A stretch of DNA of 64,000 bases from Eledone cirrhosa (lineage: Eukaryota). The notes below the pieces were generated by a model, which saw nothing but the letters and a program-made list of their open reading frames with translations, did not search any database and was not told the origin of the DNA. Within the stretch, counting starts at the first letter, position 1; every line of letters begins with the position of its first letter. This document shows positions 10,637 through 24,600 of the stretch, in pieces. The stretch lies in NCBI GenBank assembly GCA_964016885.1, contig OZ024742.1:354764001-354828000 (forward strand). Reading direction: 5' to 3'. The position numbers and the translations under genes are program-made.

Positions 10637-10640
<4 letters not shown>
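9488..10640 (+). mobile_element. Unclassified decayed element, possibly a PLE 3' fragment (GIY-YIG-like remnant, structured 3'UTR, degenerate minimal HHR)
   Basis: Bounded by microsatellites. An LYI(G)Y…TRYH-like reading at ~9677-9720 needs one frameshift. A long G-U-containing hairpin lies at 10086-10210. CCC-CTAGTTGA-T-GGA(TGCGAAA)TCC-GAAA-TATA-GGG at 10419-10454 resembles a minimal HHR with a damaged CUGANGA box. Confidence 0.35.
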
Positions 10641-10700
<60 letters not shown>

Positions 10701-10712
10701 ATTATATATATA
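10639..10712. repeat. (TA)n microsatellite at the 5' junction of the CRE-like element
   Basis: Direct reading. Confidence 0.95.
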
Positions 10713-12607
10713 TGAACTGGGTGAGAAGTTTAGTCCGGTGCAACCGGCTGTCGGCGTGTCCGGTGACTGTGAAGGAGCCGCTCATGCAACCAGGCATTTC
10801 TTCAACAGCTGCCCATCGGAACCGGCATCAATCTACACCAGGCACCTCATTGTCAAGCTTGACATGAGGAATGCCTTCAACTCTTTACGCCGGGATCATC
10901 TGTTCGAGGTCTGCCTCATCCGAGCCCCGTCTGCCTACCCGCTGGCCTACCTGTCATATAGAGCCCCGAGCATGCTCCTTGCTGCTGATAGGTCATAACC
11001 TCGTCTATTGGGGTACAACAGAGCGACCCTTTGGGACCCCTCTTCTTCGCCCCTCGTATTGACACATCGCCCGGAGTATCATGGCCCCTCTCAACGTTTG
11101 GTATCTGGATGATGCTACGTTGGGCGGGCCCGCACGGACGGTATGCCATGACCTTCAATCGTTCGTTCCCGCCCTGGCCGAAATCGGGCTGCAGGTCAAC
11201 TCGGTCAAGTCGGAGGTGGTAAATATCAGCCTCGATGCTGCGAGCTTTGCAGCCTCCATCTTAAACGTGCGGTCCATTCTCCCCCAGCTTCAGGTGACCC
11301 CCAAAGAGATGTCCTCATCCTCGAGTCACCGATCCACCCGCCGGGCATCGGCTCCACTATCAAGTCCATGCTTCAACAGCTCCAGACTCTCATGAGCCGA
11401 CTGGGCTTGATTGACGGCCACCTAGCTCACTTTCTGCTGAGGATCTGCTTCGCCATGCCGAAGCTCCTCTATACAGTCCGCAGCGCTCCGTGCTACACCT
11501 AGATATCTCTCCTCGCTGACCTCGATACTTGTATCCGAGCAGCAGCCGAGGAGATATGCAACGTCAAGATTGTCGACATAGAGTGGCAACAGGCGACTTT
11601 ACCAGCCATGTATGGCGGCCTTGGCCTGCGGTACCGGATCTAACTAGCTTTGCCGGCGAATCTTTCGTCGGTAACCTCGTGCCGCCTCCTCGTCAGCAGG
11701 TTTCTTCAAAACACAACAGAGCCCTCTGTGTTCAGAGAACGGGTGGTCACCTGTGAGACGGGGGACTGGGTGGGATTTAGCCCAGTAGCCGTCCCTCCTC
11801 CTTCTCTCCCTGTTGACGTAAAGTCCCCCCAACGTACTTGGGTTGCCATCCAGTGCAGACTGGCGTCAGACAGGCTCACGCCCCAGCACGACCGGCACCG
11901 CCTTGCTTGTTTTCATGAGGCCTCCAAACCCCACAGTGGTGCCTGGCTCCATGCTCTGCCCTCCTTATCTAATGGCACGCAGCTAGACAACCATAGCCTG
12001 CGCATCGGCGTTTCGCTGAGGCTCGGGCTACGGTTCTGCTAGCCACACCAATGTCGCTGCGGTTCCACCGTGGGTTCTTTCGGCCTCCACCCGCATTTCA
12101 GTCGCCACAGTGTCGGCCGCAATCCACAACATGCTGACAACAACGAGGTCAGCATGTTGTGGATGCTGCAGGATTCTCTTCCCAGCTCGAGCCGGTGGGG
12201 CAGGATCGAGGGGACGGCAAAAGGCGAGATGGCATGACCATCTTCCCGTTCCGCGGTGGCAAACACCTCGTCTGGGATGCTACTTCCACCGACACTCTCT
12301 GCAGCCGCAACTGGTGCAGTATGCGACTGACCCAGGTTCTGCTGCACGTCGGGCTCAGAGGGCCAAACTCCTCAAATACCGGTCTCTCTCCGACAGGTTT
12401 GCGGTCGTACCCATGTCAGTGGAGACTTCAGGTGTCCTCGGCCCCTGGGCTACCTCCTTACTCATCACCATAGGCACTGAGCTGGCCAGCCGCAGGTGTG
12501 AGCCCCTCGAGTTCGAGTGGCTTTTCCAGTCTGTCTCCCTTACCCTCTTCCGGGGAAACGCCTTCTCCATTATGTCCGCCGGGGTTGTGGGTGGGCCTTC
12601 GTCTTAA
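10713..12607 (+). pseudogene. Frameshifted, 5'-truncated ORF of a CRE-clade-like non-LTR retrotransposon (RT + zinc knuckle + restriction-like endonuclease)
   Basis: GC-rich island with motifs in order across frames: PVQPAVGVSGDCEGAAHATR, IVKLDMRNAFNSLRRD, GVQQSDPLGPLFFA, WYLDDATLGG, GLQVNSVKSE, HSGAWLHALPS…LRIGVSLRLGL, HQCRCG, LEPVG…DGKRRDGMTIFPFRGGKHLVWDAT, AKLLKY, VPMSVETSGVLGP, SLTLFRGNA. Stop TAA at 12605-12607. Several frameshifts and stops. Confidence 0.85.
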
Positions 12608-15600
12608 CTACCACTAATACTATCCCAACACCTTCGTCTTAACTACCACAACTACCACTAATACTATCCCAACACCTTCGTCTTAAATACCACAAGTACC
12701 ACTAATACTATCCCAACACCTTCGTCTTAACTACCACAAGTACCACTAATACTATCCCAACACCTTCGTCTTAACTACCACAAATACCACTAATACTATC
12801 CCAACACCTTCGTCCCAACTACCACAACTACCACTAATACTATCCCAACACCTTCGTCTTAAATACCACAAGTACCACTAATACTATCCCAACACCTTCG
12901 TCTTAACTACCACAAGTACCACTAATACTATCCCAACACCTTCGTCTTAACTACCACAAATACCACTAATACTATCCCAACACCTTCGTCCCAACTACCA
13001 CAACTACCACTAATGCTATCCCAACACCTTCGTCTTAACTACCACAACTACCACTAATACTATCCCAACATCTTCGTCTTAACTACCACAACTACCACTA
13101 ATACTATCCCAACACATTCGTCCCAACTACCACAACTACCACTAATACTATCCCAACACCTTCGTCTTAACTACCACAACTACCACTAATACTATCCCAA
13201 CACCTTCGTCCCAACTACCACAACTACCACTAATACTATCCCAACACCTTCGTCTTAACTACCACAACTACCACTAATACTATCCCAACACATTCGTCTT
13301 AACTACCACAACTACAACTAATGCTATCCCAACACCTTCGTCCCAACTACCACAACTACAACTAATGCTATCCCAACACCTTCGTCCCAACTACCACAAC
13401 TACCACTAATACTATCCCAACACCTTCGTCCCAACTACCACAACTACCACTAATACTATCCCAACACCTTCGTCCCAACTACCACAACTACAACTAATGC
13501 TATCCCAACACATTCGTCTTAACTACCACAACTACCACTAATGCTATCCCAACACCTTCGTCTTAACTACCACAACTACAACTAATACTATCCCAACACC
13601 TTCGTCTTAACTACCACAACTACAACTAATACTATCCCAACACATTCGTCTTAACTACCACAACTACCACTAATACTATCCCAACACATTCGTCTTAACT
13701 ACCACAACTACAACAAATGCTATCCCAACAACTTCGTCCCAACTACCACAACTACCACTAATACTATCCCAACACCTTCGTCTTAACTACCACAACTACC
13801 ACTAATGCTATCCCAACACCTTCGTCCCAACTACTACAACTACCACTAATACTATCCCAACACCTTCGTCTTAACTACCACAACTACAGCTAATGCTATC
13901 CCAACACATTCGTCCCAACTACCACAACTACCACTAATACTATCCCAACACATTCGTCTTAACTACCACAACTACCACTAATACTATCCCAACACATTCG
14001 TCTCAACTACCACAACTACAACTAATGCTATCCCAACACATTCGTCTTAACTACCACAACTACCACTAATGCTATCCCAACACCTTCGTCTTAACTACCA
14101 CGACTACAACTAATGCTATCCCAACACCTTCTTCTTAACTACCACAACTACCACTAATACTATCCCAACACCTTCGTCTTAACTACCACAACTACCACTA
14201 ATGCTATCCCAACACCTTCGTCTTAACTACCACAACTACCACTAATACTATCCCAACACCTTCGTCTTAACTACCACAACTACAACTAATGCTATCCCAA
14301 CACCTTCGTCTTAACTACCACGACTACAACTAATGCTATCCCAACACCTTCTTCTTAACTACCACAACTACCACTAATACTATCCCAACACCTTCGTCTT
14401 AACTACCACAACTACCACTAATGCTATCCCAACACCTTCGTCTTAACTACCACAACTACAACTAATACTATCCCAACACCTTCGTCTTAACTACCACAAC
14501 TACCACTAATAGTATCCCAACAACTTCGTCTTAACTACCACAACTACAACTAATACTATCCCAACACCTTCGTCTTAACTACCACAACTACCACTAATGC
14601 TATCCCAACACCTTCGTCTTAACTAACAGGACTACCACTAATACTATCCCAACACCTTCGTCTTAACTACCACAACTACCACTAATGCTATCCCAACACA
14701 TTCGTCTTAATTACCACAACTACCACTAATACTATCCCAACACTTTCGTCTTAACTACCACAACTACCACTAATGCTATCCCAACACCTTCGTCTTAACT
14801 ACCACAACTACCACTAATGCTATCCCAACACCTTCGTCTTAACTACCACAACTACAACTAATACTATCCAAACACCTTCGTCTTAACTACCACAACTACA
14901 ACTAATACTATCCCAACACTTTCGTCTTAACTACCACAACTACCACTAATACTATCCCAACACCTTCGTCTTAACTACCACAACTACCACTAATACTATC
15001 CCAACACCTTCGTCTTAACTACCACAACTACCACTAATAGTATCCCAACACCTTCGTCTTAACTACCACAATTTCAACTAATACTATCCCAACACCTTCG
15101 TCTTAACTACCACAACTACCACTAATGCTATCCCAACACCTTCGTCTTAACTAACAGGACTACCACTAATACTATCCCAACACCTTCGTCTTAACTACCA
15201 CAACTACCACTAATGCTATCCCAACACATTCGTCTTAATTACCACAACTACCACTAATACTATCCCAACACTTTCGTCTTAACTACCACAACTACCACTA
15301 ATGCTATCCCAACACCTTCGTCTTAACTACCACAACTACCACTAATGCTATCCCAACACCTTCGTCTTAACTACCACAACTACCACTAATACTATCCCAA
15401 CACCTTCGTCTTAACTACCACAACTACCACTAATAGTATCCCAACACCTTCGTCTTAACTACCACAATTTCAACTAATACTATCCCAACACCTTCGTCTT
15501 AACTACCACAACTACCACTAATACTATCCAAACACCTTCCTCTTAACTACCACAACTACCACTAATACTATCCCAACACCTTCATCTTAACTACCACAAG

Positions 15601-18600
15601 TACCACTAATACTATCCCAACACCTTCGTCTTAACTACCACAACTACCACTAATACTATCCCAACACCTTCGTCCCAACTACCACAACTACCACTAATAC
15701 TATCCCAACACCTTCGTCTTAACTACCACAAGTACCACTAATACTATCCCAACACCTTCGTCTTAAATACCACAAGTACCACTAATACTATCCCAACACC
15801 TTCGCCTTAACTACCACAACTACCACTAATACTATCCCAACACCTTCGTCTTAACTACCACACCTACCACTAATGCTATCCCAATACCTTCGTCTTAACT
15901 ACCACAACTACCACTAATACTATCCCAACACCTTCGTCTTAAATACCACAAGTACCACTAATACTATCCCAACACCTTCGTCTTAACTACCACAACTACC
16001 ACTAATACTATCCCAACACCTTCGTCCCAACTACCACAACTACCACTAATACTATCCCAAAACCTTCGTCTTAACTACTACAAGTACCACTAATACTATC
16101 CCAACACCTTCGTCTTAACTACCACAAATACCACTAATACTATCCCAACACCTTCGTCCCAACTACCACAACTACCACTAATACTATCCCAACACCTTCG
16201 TCTTAACTACCACAACTACCACTAATACTATCCCAACATCTTCGTCTTAACTACCACAACTACCACTAATACTAACCGAACACCTTCGTCTTAACTACTA
16301 CAAATACCACTAATACTATCCCAACACCTTCGTCCCAACTACCACAACTACCACTAATACTATCCCAACACCTTCGTCTTAACTACCACAAGTACCACTA
16401 ATACTATCCCAACACCTTCGTCTTAAATACCACAAGTACCACTAATACTATCCCAACACCTTCGTCTTAACTACCACAACTACCACTAATACTATCCCAA
16501 CACCTTCGTCTTAACTACCACAAATACCACTAATAATATCCCAACACCTTCGTCCCAACTACCACAACTACCACTAATACTATCCCAACACCTTCGTCTT
16601 AACTACCACAACTACCACTAATACTATCCCAACATCTTCGTCTTAACTACCACAACTACCACTAATACTATCCGAACACCTTCGTCTTAACTACTACAAA
16701 TACCACTAATGCTATCCCAACACCTTCGTCTTAACTACCACAACTACCACTAATACTATCCCAACACCTTCGTCCCAACTACCACAACTACCACTAATAC
16801 TATCCCAACACCTTCGTCTTAACTACCACAAGTACCACTAATACTATCCCAACACCTTCGTCTTAACTACCACAACTACCACTAATACTATCCCAACACC
16901 TTCGTCCCAACTACCACAACTACCACTAATACTATCCCAACACCTTCGTCTTAACTACCACAACTACCACTAATACTATCCCAACACCTTCGTCCCAACT
17001 ACCACACCTACCACTAATACTATCCCAACACCTTCGTCTTAACTACCACAACTACCACTAATACTATCCCAACACATTCGTCTTAACTACCACAACTACA
17101 ACTAATGCTATCCCAACACCTTCGTCCCAACTACCACAACTACAACTAATGCTATCCCAACACCTTCGTCCCAACTACCACAACTACCACTAATACTATC
17201 CCAACACCTTCGTCCCAACTACCACAACTACCACTAATACTATCCCAACACCTTCGCCTTAACTACCACAACTACCACTAATACTATTCCAACACCTTCG
17301 TCTTAACTACCACAACTACCACTAATACTATCCCAACACCTTCATCTTAAATACCACAAGTACCACTAATACTATCCCAACACCTTCGTCTTAACTACCA
17401 CAACTACCACTAATACTATCCCAACACCTTCGTCCCAACTACCACAACTACCACTAATACTATCCCAACACCTTCGTCTTAACTACCACAAGTACCACTA
17501 ATACTATCCCAACACCTTCGTCTTAACTACCACAAATACCACTAATACTATCCCAACACCTTCGTCCCAACTACCACAAGTACCACTAATACTATCCCAA
17601 CACCTTCGTCTTAACTACCACAACTACCACTAATACTATCCCAACATCTTCGTCTTAACTACCACAACTACCACTAACACTAACCGAACACCTTCGTCTT
17701 AACTACTACAAATACCACTAATACTATCCCAACACCTTCGTCCCAACTACCACAACTACCACTAATACTATCCCAACACCTTCGTCTTAACTACCACAAG
17801 TACCACTAATACTATCCCAACACCTTCGTCTTAAATACCACAAGTACCACTAATACTATCCCAACACCTTCGTCTTAACTACCACAACTACCACTAATAC
17901 TATCCCAACACCTTCGTCTTAACTACCACAAATACCACTAATACTATCCCAACACCTTCGTCCCAACTACCACAACTACCACTAATACTATCCCAACACC
18001 TTCGTCTTAACTACCACAACTACCACTAATACTATCCCAACATCTTCGTCTTAACTACCACAACTACCACTAATACTAACCGAACACCTTCGTCTTAACT
18101 ACTACAAATACCACTAATACTATCCCAACACCTTCGTCCCAACTACCACAACTACCACTAATACTATCCCAACACCTTCGTCTTAACTACCACAAGTACC
18201 ACTAATACTATCCCAACACCTTCGTCTTAAATACCACAAGTACCACTAATACTATCCCAACACCTTCGTCTTAACTACCACAACTACCACTAATACTATC
18301 CCAACACCTTCGTCTTAACTACCACAAATACCACTAATAATATCCCAACACCTTCGTCCCAACTACCACAACTACCACTAATACTATCCCAACACCTTCG
18401 TCTTAACTACCACAACTACCACTAATACTATCCCAACATCTTCGTCTTAACTACCACAACTACCACTAATACTATCCGAACACCTTCGTCTTAACTACTA
18501 CAAATACCACTAATGCTATCCCAACACCTTCGTCTTAACTACCACAACTACCACTAATACTATCCCAACACCTTCGTCCCAACTACCACAACTACCACTA

Positions 18601-21600
18601 ATACTATCCCAACACCTTCGTCTTAACTACCACAAGTACCACTAATACTATCCCAACACCTTCGTCTTAACTACCACAACTACCACTAATACTATCCCAA
18701 CACCTTCGTCCCAACTACCACAACTACCACTAATACTATCCCAACACCTTCGTCTTAACTACCACAACTACCACTAATACTATCCCAACACCTTCGTCCC
18801 AACTACCACACCTACCACTAATACTATCCCAACACCTTCGTCTTAACTACCACAACTACCACTAATACTATCCCAACACATTCGTCTTAACTACCACAAC
18901 TACAACTAATGCTATCCCAACACCTTCGTCCCAACTACCACAACTACAACTAATGCTATCCCAACACCTTCGTCCCAACTACCACAACTACCACTAATAC
19001 TATCCCAACACCTTCGTCCCAACTACCACAACTACCACTAATACTATCCCAACACCTTCGCCTTAACTACCACAACTACCACTAATACTATTCCAACACC
19101 TTCGTCTTAACTACCACAACTACCACTAATACTATCCCAACACCTTCATCTTAAATACCACAAGTACCACTAATACTATCCCAACACCTTCGTCTTAACT
19201 ACCACAACTACCACTAATACTATCCCAACACCTTCGTCCCAACTACCACAACTACCACTAATACTATCCCAACACCTTCGTCTTAACTACCACAAGTACC
19301 ACTAATACTATCCCATCACCTTCGTCTTAACTACCACAAATACCACTAATACTATCCCAACACCTTCGTCCCAACTACCACAAGTACCACTAATACTATC
19401 CCAACACCTTCGTCTTAACTACCACAACTACCACTAATACTATCCCAACATCTTCGTCTTAACTACCACAACTACCACTAACACTAACCGAACACCTTCG
19501 TCTTAACTACTACAAATACCACTAATACTATCCCAACACCTTCGTCCCAACTACCACAACTACCACTAATACTATCCCAACACCTTCGTCTTAACTACCA
19601 CAAGTACCACTAATACTATCCCAACACCTTCGTCTTAAATACCACAAGTACCACTAATACTATCCCAACACCTTCGTCTTAACTACCACAACTACCACTA
19701 ATACTATCCCAACACCTTCGTCTTAACTACCACAAATACCACTAATACTATCCCAACACCTTCGTCCCAACTACCACAACTACCACTAATACTATCCCAA
19801 CACCTTCGTCTTAACTACCACAACTACCACTAATACTATCCCAACATCTTCGTCTTAACTACCACAACTACCACTAATACTATCCGAACACCTTCGTCTT
19901 AACTACTACAAATACCACTAATACTATCCCAACACCTTCGTCTTAACTACCACAACTACCACTAATACTATCCCAACGCTTCGTCCCAACTACCACAACT
20001 ACCACTAATACTATCCCAACACCTTCGTCTTAACTACCACAACTACCACTAATACTATCCCACACCTTCGTCTTAACTACCACAACTATCACTAATACTA
20101 TCCCAACACCTTCGTCCCAACTACCACAACTACCACTAATACTATCCCAACACCTTCGTCTTAACTACCAGAACTACCACTAATACTATCCCAACACCTT
20201 CGTCCCAACTACCACAACTACCACTAATACTATCCCAACACCTTCGTCTTAACTACCACAACTACCACTAATACTATCCCAACACATTCGTCTTAACTAC
20301 CACAACTACAACTAATGCTATCCCAACACCTTCGTCCCAACTACCACAACTACAACTAATGCTATCCCAACACCTTCGTCCCAACTACCACAACTACCAC
20401 TAATACTATCCCAACACCTTCGTCCCAACTACCACAACTACCACTAATACTATCCCAACACCTTCGTCCCAACTACCACAACTACAACTAATGCTATCCC
20501 AACACATTCGTCTTAACTACCACAACTACCACTAATGCTATCCCAACACCTTCGTCTTAACTACCACAACTACAACTAATACTATCCCAACACATTCGTC
20601 TTAACTACCACAACTACCACTAATACTATCCCAACACCTTCGTCTTAACTACCACAACTACAACTAATGATATCCCAACACATTCGTCTTAACTACCACA
20701 ACTACCACTAATGCCATCCCAACACCTTCGTCTTAACTACCACAACTACCACTAATACTATCCCAACACCTTCGTCTTAACTACCACAACTACAACTAAT
20801 ACTATCCCAACACATTCGTCTTAACTACCACAACTACCACTAATACTATCCCAACACATTCGTCTTAACTACCACAACTACAACAAATGCTATCCCAACA
20901 CCTTCGTCCCAACTACCACAACTACCACTAATACTATCCCAACACCTTCGTCTTAACTAGCACAACTACCACTAATGCTATCCCAACACCTTCGTCCCAA
21001 CTACCACAACTACCACTAATACTATCCCAACACCTTCGTCTTAACTACCACAACTACAGCTAATGCTATCCCAACACATTCGTCCCAACTACCACAACTA
21101 CCACTAATACTATCCCAACACATTCGTCTTAACTACCACAACTACCACTAATACTATCCCAACACATTCGTCTCAACTACCACAACTACAACTAATGCTA
21201 TCCCAACACATTCGTCTTAACTACCACAACTACCACTAATGCTATCCCAACACCTTCGTCTTAACTACCACAACTACAACTAATGCTATCCCAACACCTT
21301 CTTCTTAACTACCACAACTACCACTAATACTATCCCAACACCTTCGTCTTAACTACCACAACTACCACTAATGCTATCCCAACACCTTCGTCTTAACTAC
21401 CACAACTACCACTAATACTATCCCAACACCTTCGTCTTAACTACCACAACTACAACTAATGCTATCCCAACACCTTCGTCTTAACTACCACAACTACCAC
21501 TAATACTATCCCAACACCTTCGTCTTAACTACCACAACTACCACTAATGCTATCCCAACACCTTCGTCTTAACTACCACAACTACAACTAATACTATCCA

Positions 21601-24600
21601 AACACCTTCGTCTTAACTACCACAATTACAACTAATACTATCCCAACACATTCGTCTTAATTACCACAACTACCACTAATACTATCCCAACACTTTCGTC
21701 TTAACTACCACAACTACCACTAATGCTATCCCAACACCTTCGTCTTAACTACCACAACTACCACTAATGCTATCCCAACACCTTCGTCTTAACTACCAAA
21801 ACTACCACTAATTCTATCCCAACACCTTCGTCTTAAATACCACAAGTACCACTAATACTATCCCAACACCTTCGCCTTAACTACCACAACTACCACTAAT
21901 ACTATCCCAACACCTTCGTCTTAACTACCACACCTACCACTAATGCTATCCCAACACCTTCGTCCCAACTACCACAAATACCACTAATACTATCCCAACA
22001 CCTTCGTCCCAACTACCACAACTACCACTAATACTATCCCAACACCTTCGTCTTAACTACCACAACTACCACTAATACTATCCCAACACCTTCGTCCCAA
22101 CTACCACAACTACCACTAATACTATCCCAACACCTTCGTCTTAACTACCACAACTACCACTAATACTATCCCAACACCTTCGTCTTAACTACCACAACTA
22201 CCACTAATACTATCCCAACACCTTCGTCCCAACTACCACAACTATCACTAATACTATCCCAACACCTTCGTCTTAACTACCACAACTACCACTAATACTA
22301 TCCCAACATCTTCGTCTTAACTACCACAACTACCACTAATACTAACCGAACACCTTCGTCTTAACTACTACAAATACCACTAATACTATCCCAACACCTT
22401 CGTCCCAACTACCACAACTACCACTAATACTATCCCAACACCTTCGTCTTAACTACCACAAGTACCACTAATACTATCCCAACACCTTCGTCTTAAATAC
22501 CACAAGTACCACTAATACTATCCCAACACCTTCGTCTTAACTACCACAACTACCACTAATACTATCCCAACACCTTCGTCTTAACTACCACAAATACCAC
22601 TAATACTATCCCAACACCTTCGTCCCAACTACCACAACTACCACTAATACTATCCCAACACCTTCGTCTTAACTACCACAACTACCACTAATACTATCCC
22701 AACATCTTCGTCTTAACTACCACAACTACCACTAATACTATCCGAACACCTTCGTCTTAACTACTACAAATACCACTAATGCTATCCCAACACCTTCGTC
22801 TTAACTACCACAACTACCACTAATACTATCCCAACAACTTCGTCCCAACTACCACAACTACCACTAATACTATCCCAACACCTTCGTCTTAACTACCACA
22901 AGTACCACTAATACTATCCCAACACCTTCGTCTTAACTACCACAACTACCACTAATACTATCCCAACACCTTCGTCCCAACTACCACAACTACCACTAAT
23001 ACTATCCCAACATCTTCGTCTTAACTACCACAACTACCACTAATACTAACCGAACACCTTCGTCTTAACTACTACAAATACCACTAATACTATCCCAACA
23101 CCTTCGTCCCAACTACCACAACTACCACTAATACTATCCCAACACCTTCGTCTTAACTACCACAAGTACCACTAATACTATCCCAACACCTTCGTCTTAA
23201 ATACCACAAGTACCACTAATACTATCCCAACACCTTCGTCTTAACTACCACAACTACCACTAATACTATCCCAACACCTTCGTATTAACTACCACAAATA
23301 CCACTAATACTATCCCAACACCTTCGTCCCAACTACCACAACTACCACTAATACTATCCCAACACCTTCGTCTTAACTACCACAACTACCACTAATACTA
23401 TCCCAACATCTTCGTCTTAACTACCACAACTACCACTAATACTATCCGAACACCTTCGTCTTAACTACTACAAATACCACTAATGCTATCCCAACACCTT
23501 CGTCTTAACTACCACAACTACCACTAATACTATCCCAACAACTTCGTCCCAACTACCACAACTACCACTAATACTATCCCAACACCTTCGTCTTAACTAC
23601 CACAAGTACCACTAATACTATCCCAACACCTTCGTCTTAACTACCACAACTACCACTAATACTATCCCAACACCTTCGTCCCAACTACCACAACTACCAC
23701 TAATACTATCCCAACACCTTCGTCTTAACTACCACAACTACCACTAATACTATCCCAACACCTTCGTCCCAACTACCACAACTACCACTAATACTATCCC
23801 AACACCTTCGTCTTAACTACCACAACTACCACTAATACTATCCCAACACATTCGTCTTAACTACCACAACTACACCTAATGCTATCCCAACACCTTCGTC
23901 CCAACTACCACAACTACAACTAATGCTATCCCAACACCTTCGTCCCAACTACCACAACTACCACTAATACTATCCCAACACCTTCGTCCCAACTACCACA
24001 ACTACCACTAATACTATCCCAACACCTTCGTCCCAACTACCACAACTACAACTAATGCTATCCCAACACATTCGTCTTAACTACCACAACTACCACTAAT
24101 GCTATCCCAACACCTTCGTCTTAACTACCACAACTACAACTAATACTATCCCAACACATTCGTCTTAACTACCACAACTACCACTAATACTATCCCAACA
24201 CCTTCGTCTTAACTACCACAACTACAACTAATGATATCCCAACACATTCGTCTTAACTACCACAACTACCACTAATGCTATCCCAACACCTTCGTCTTAA
24301 CTACCACAACTACCACTAATACTATCCCAACACCTTCGTCTTAACTACCAAAACTACAACTAATACTATCCCAACACATTCGTCTTAACTACCACAACTA
24401 CCACTAATACTATCCCAACACATTCGTCTTAAATACCACAACTACAACAAATGCTATCCCAACACCTTCGTCCCAACTACCACAACTACCACTAATACTA
24501 TCCCAACACCTTCGTCTTAACTACCACAACTACAACTAATGCAATCCCAACACATTCGTCCCAACTACCACAACTACCACTAATACTATCCCAACACATT

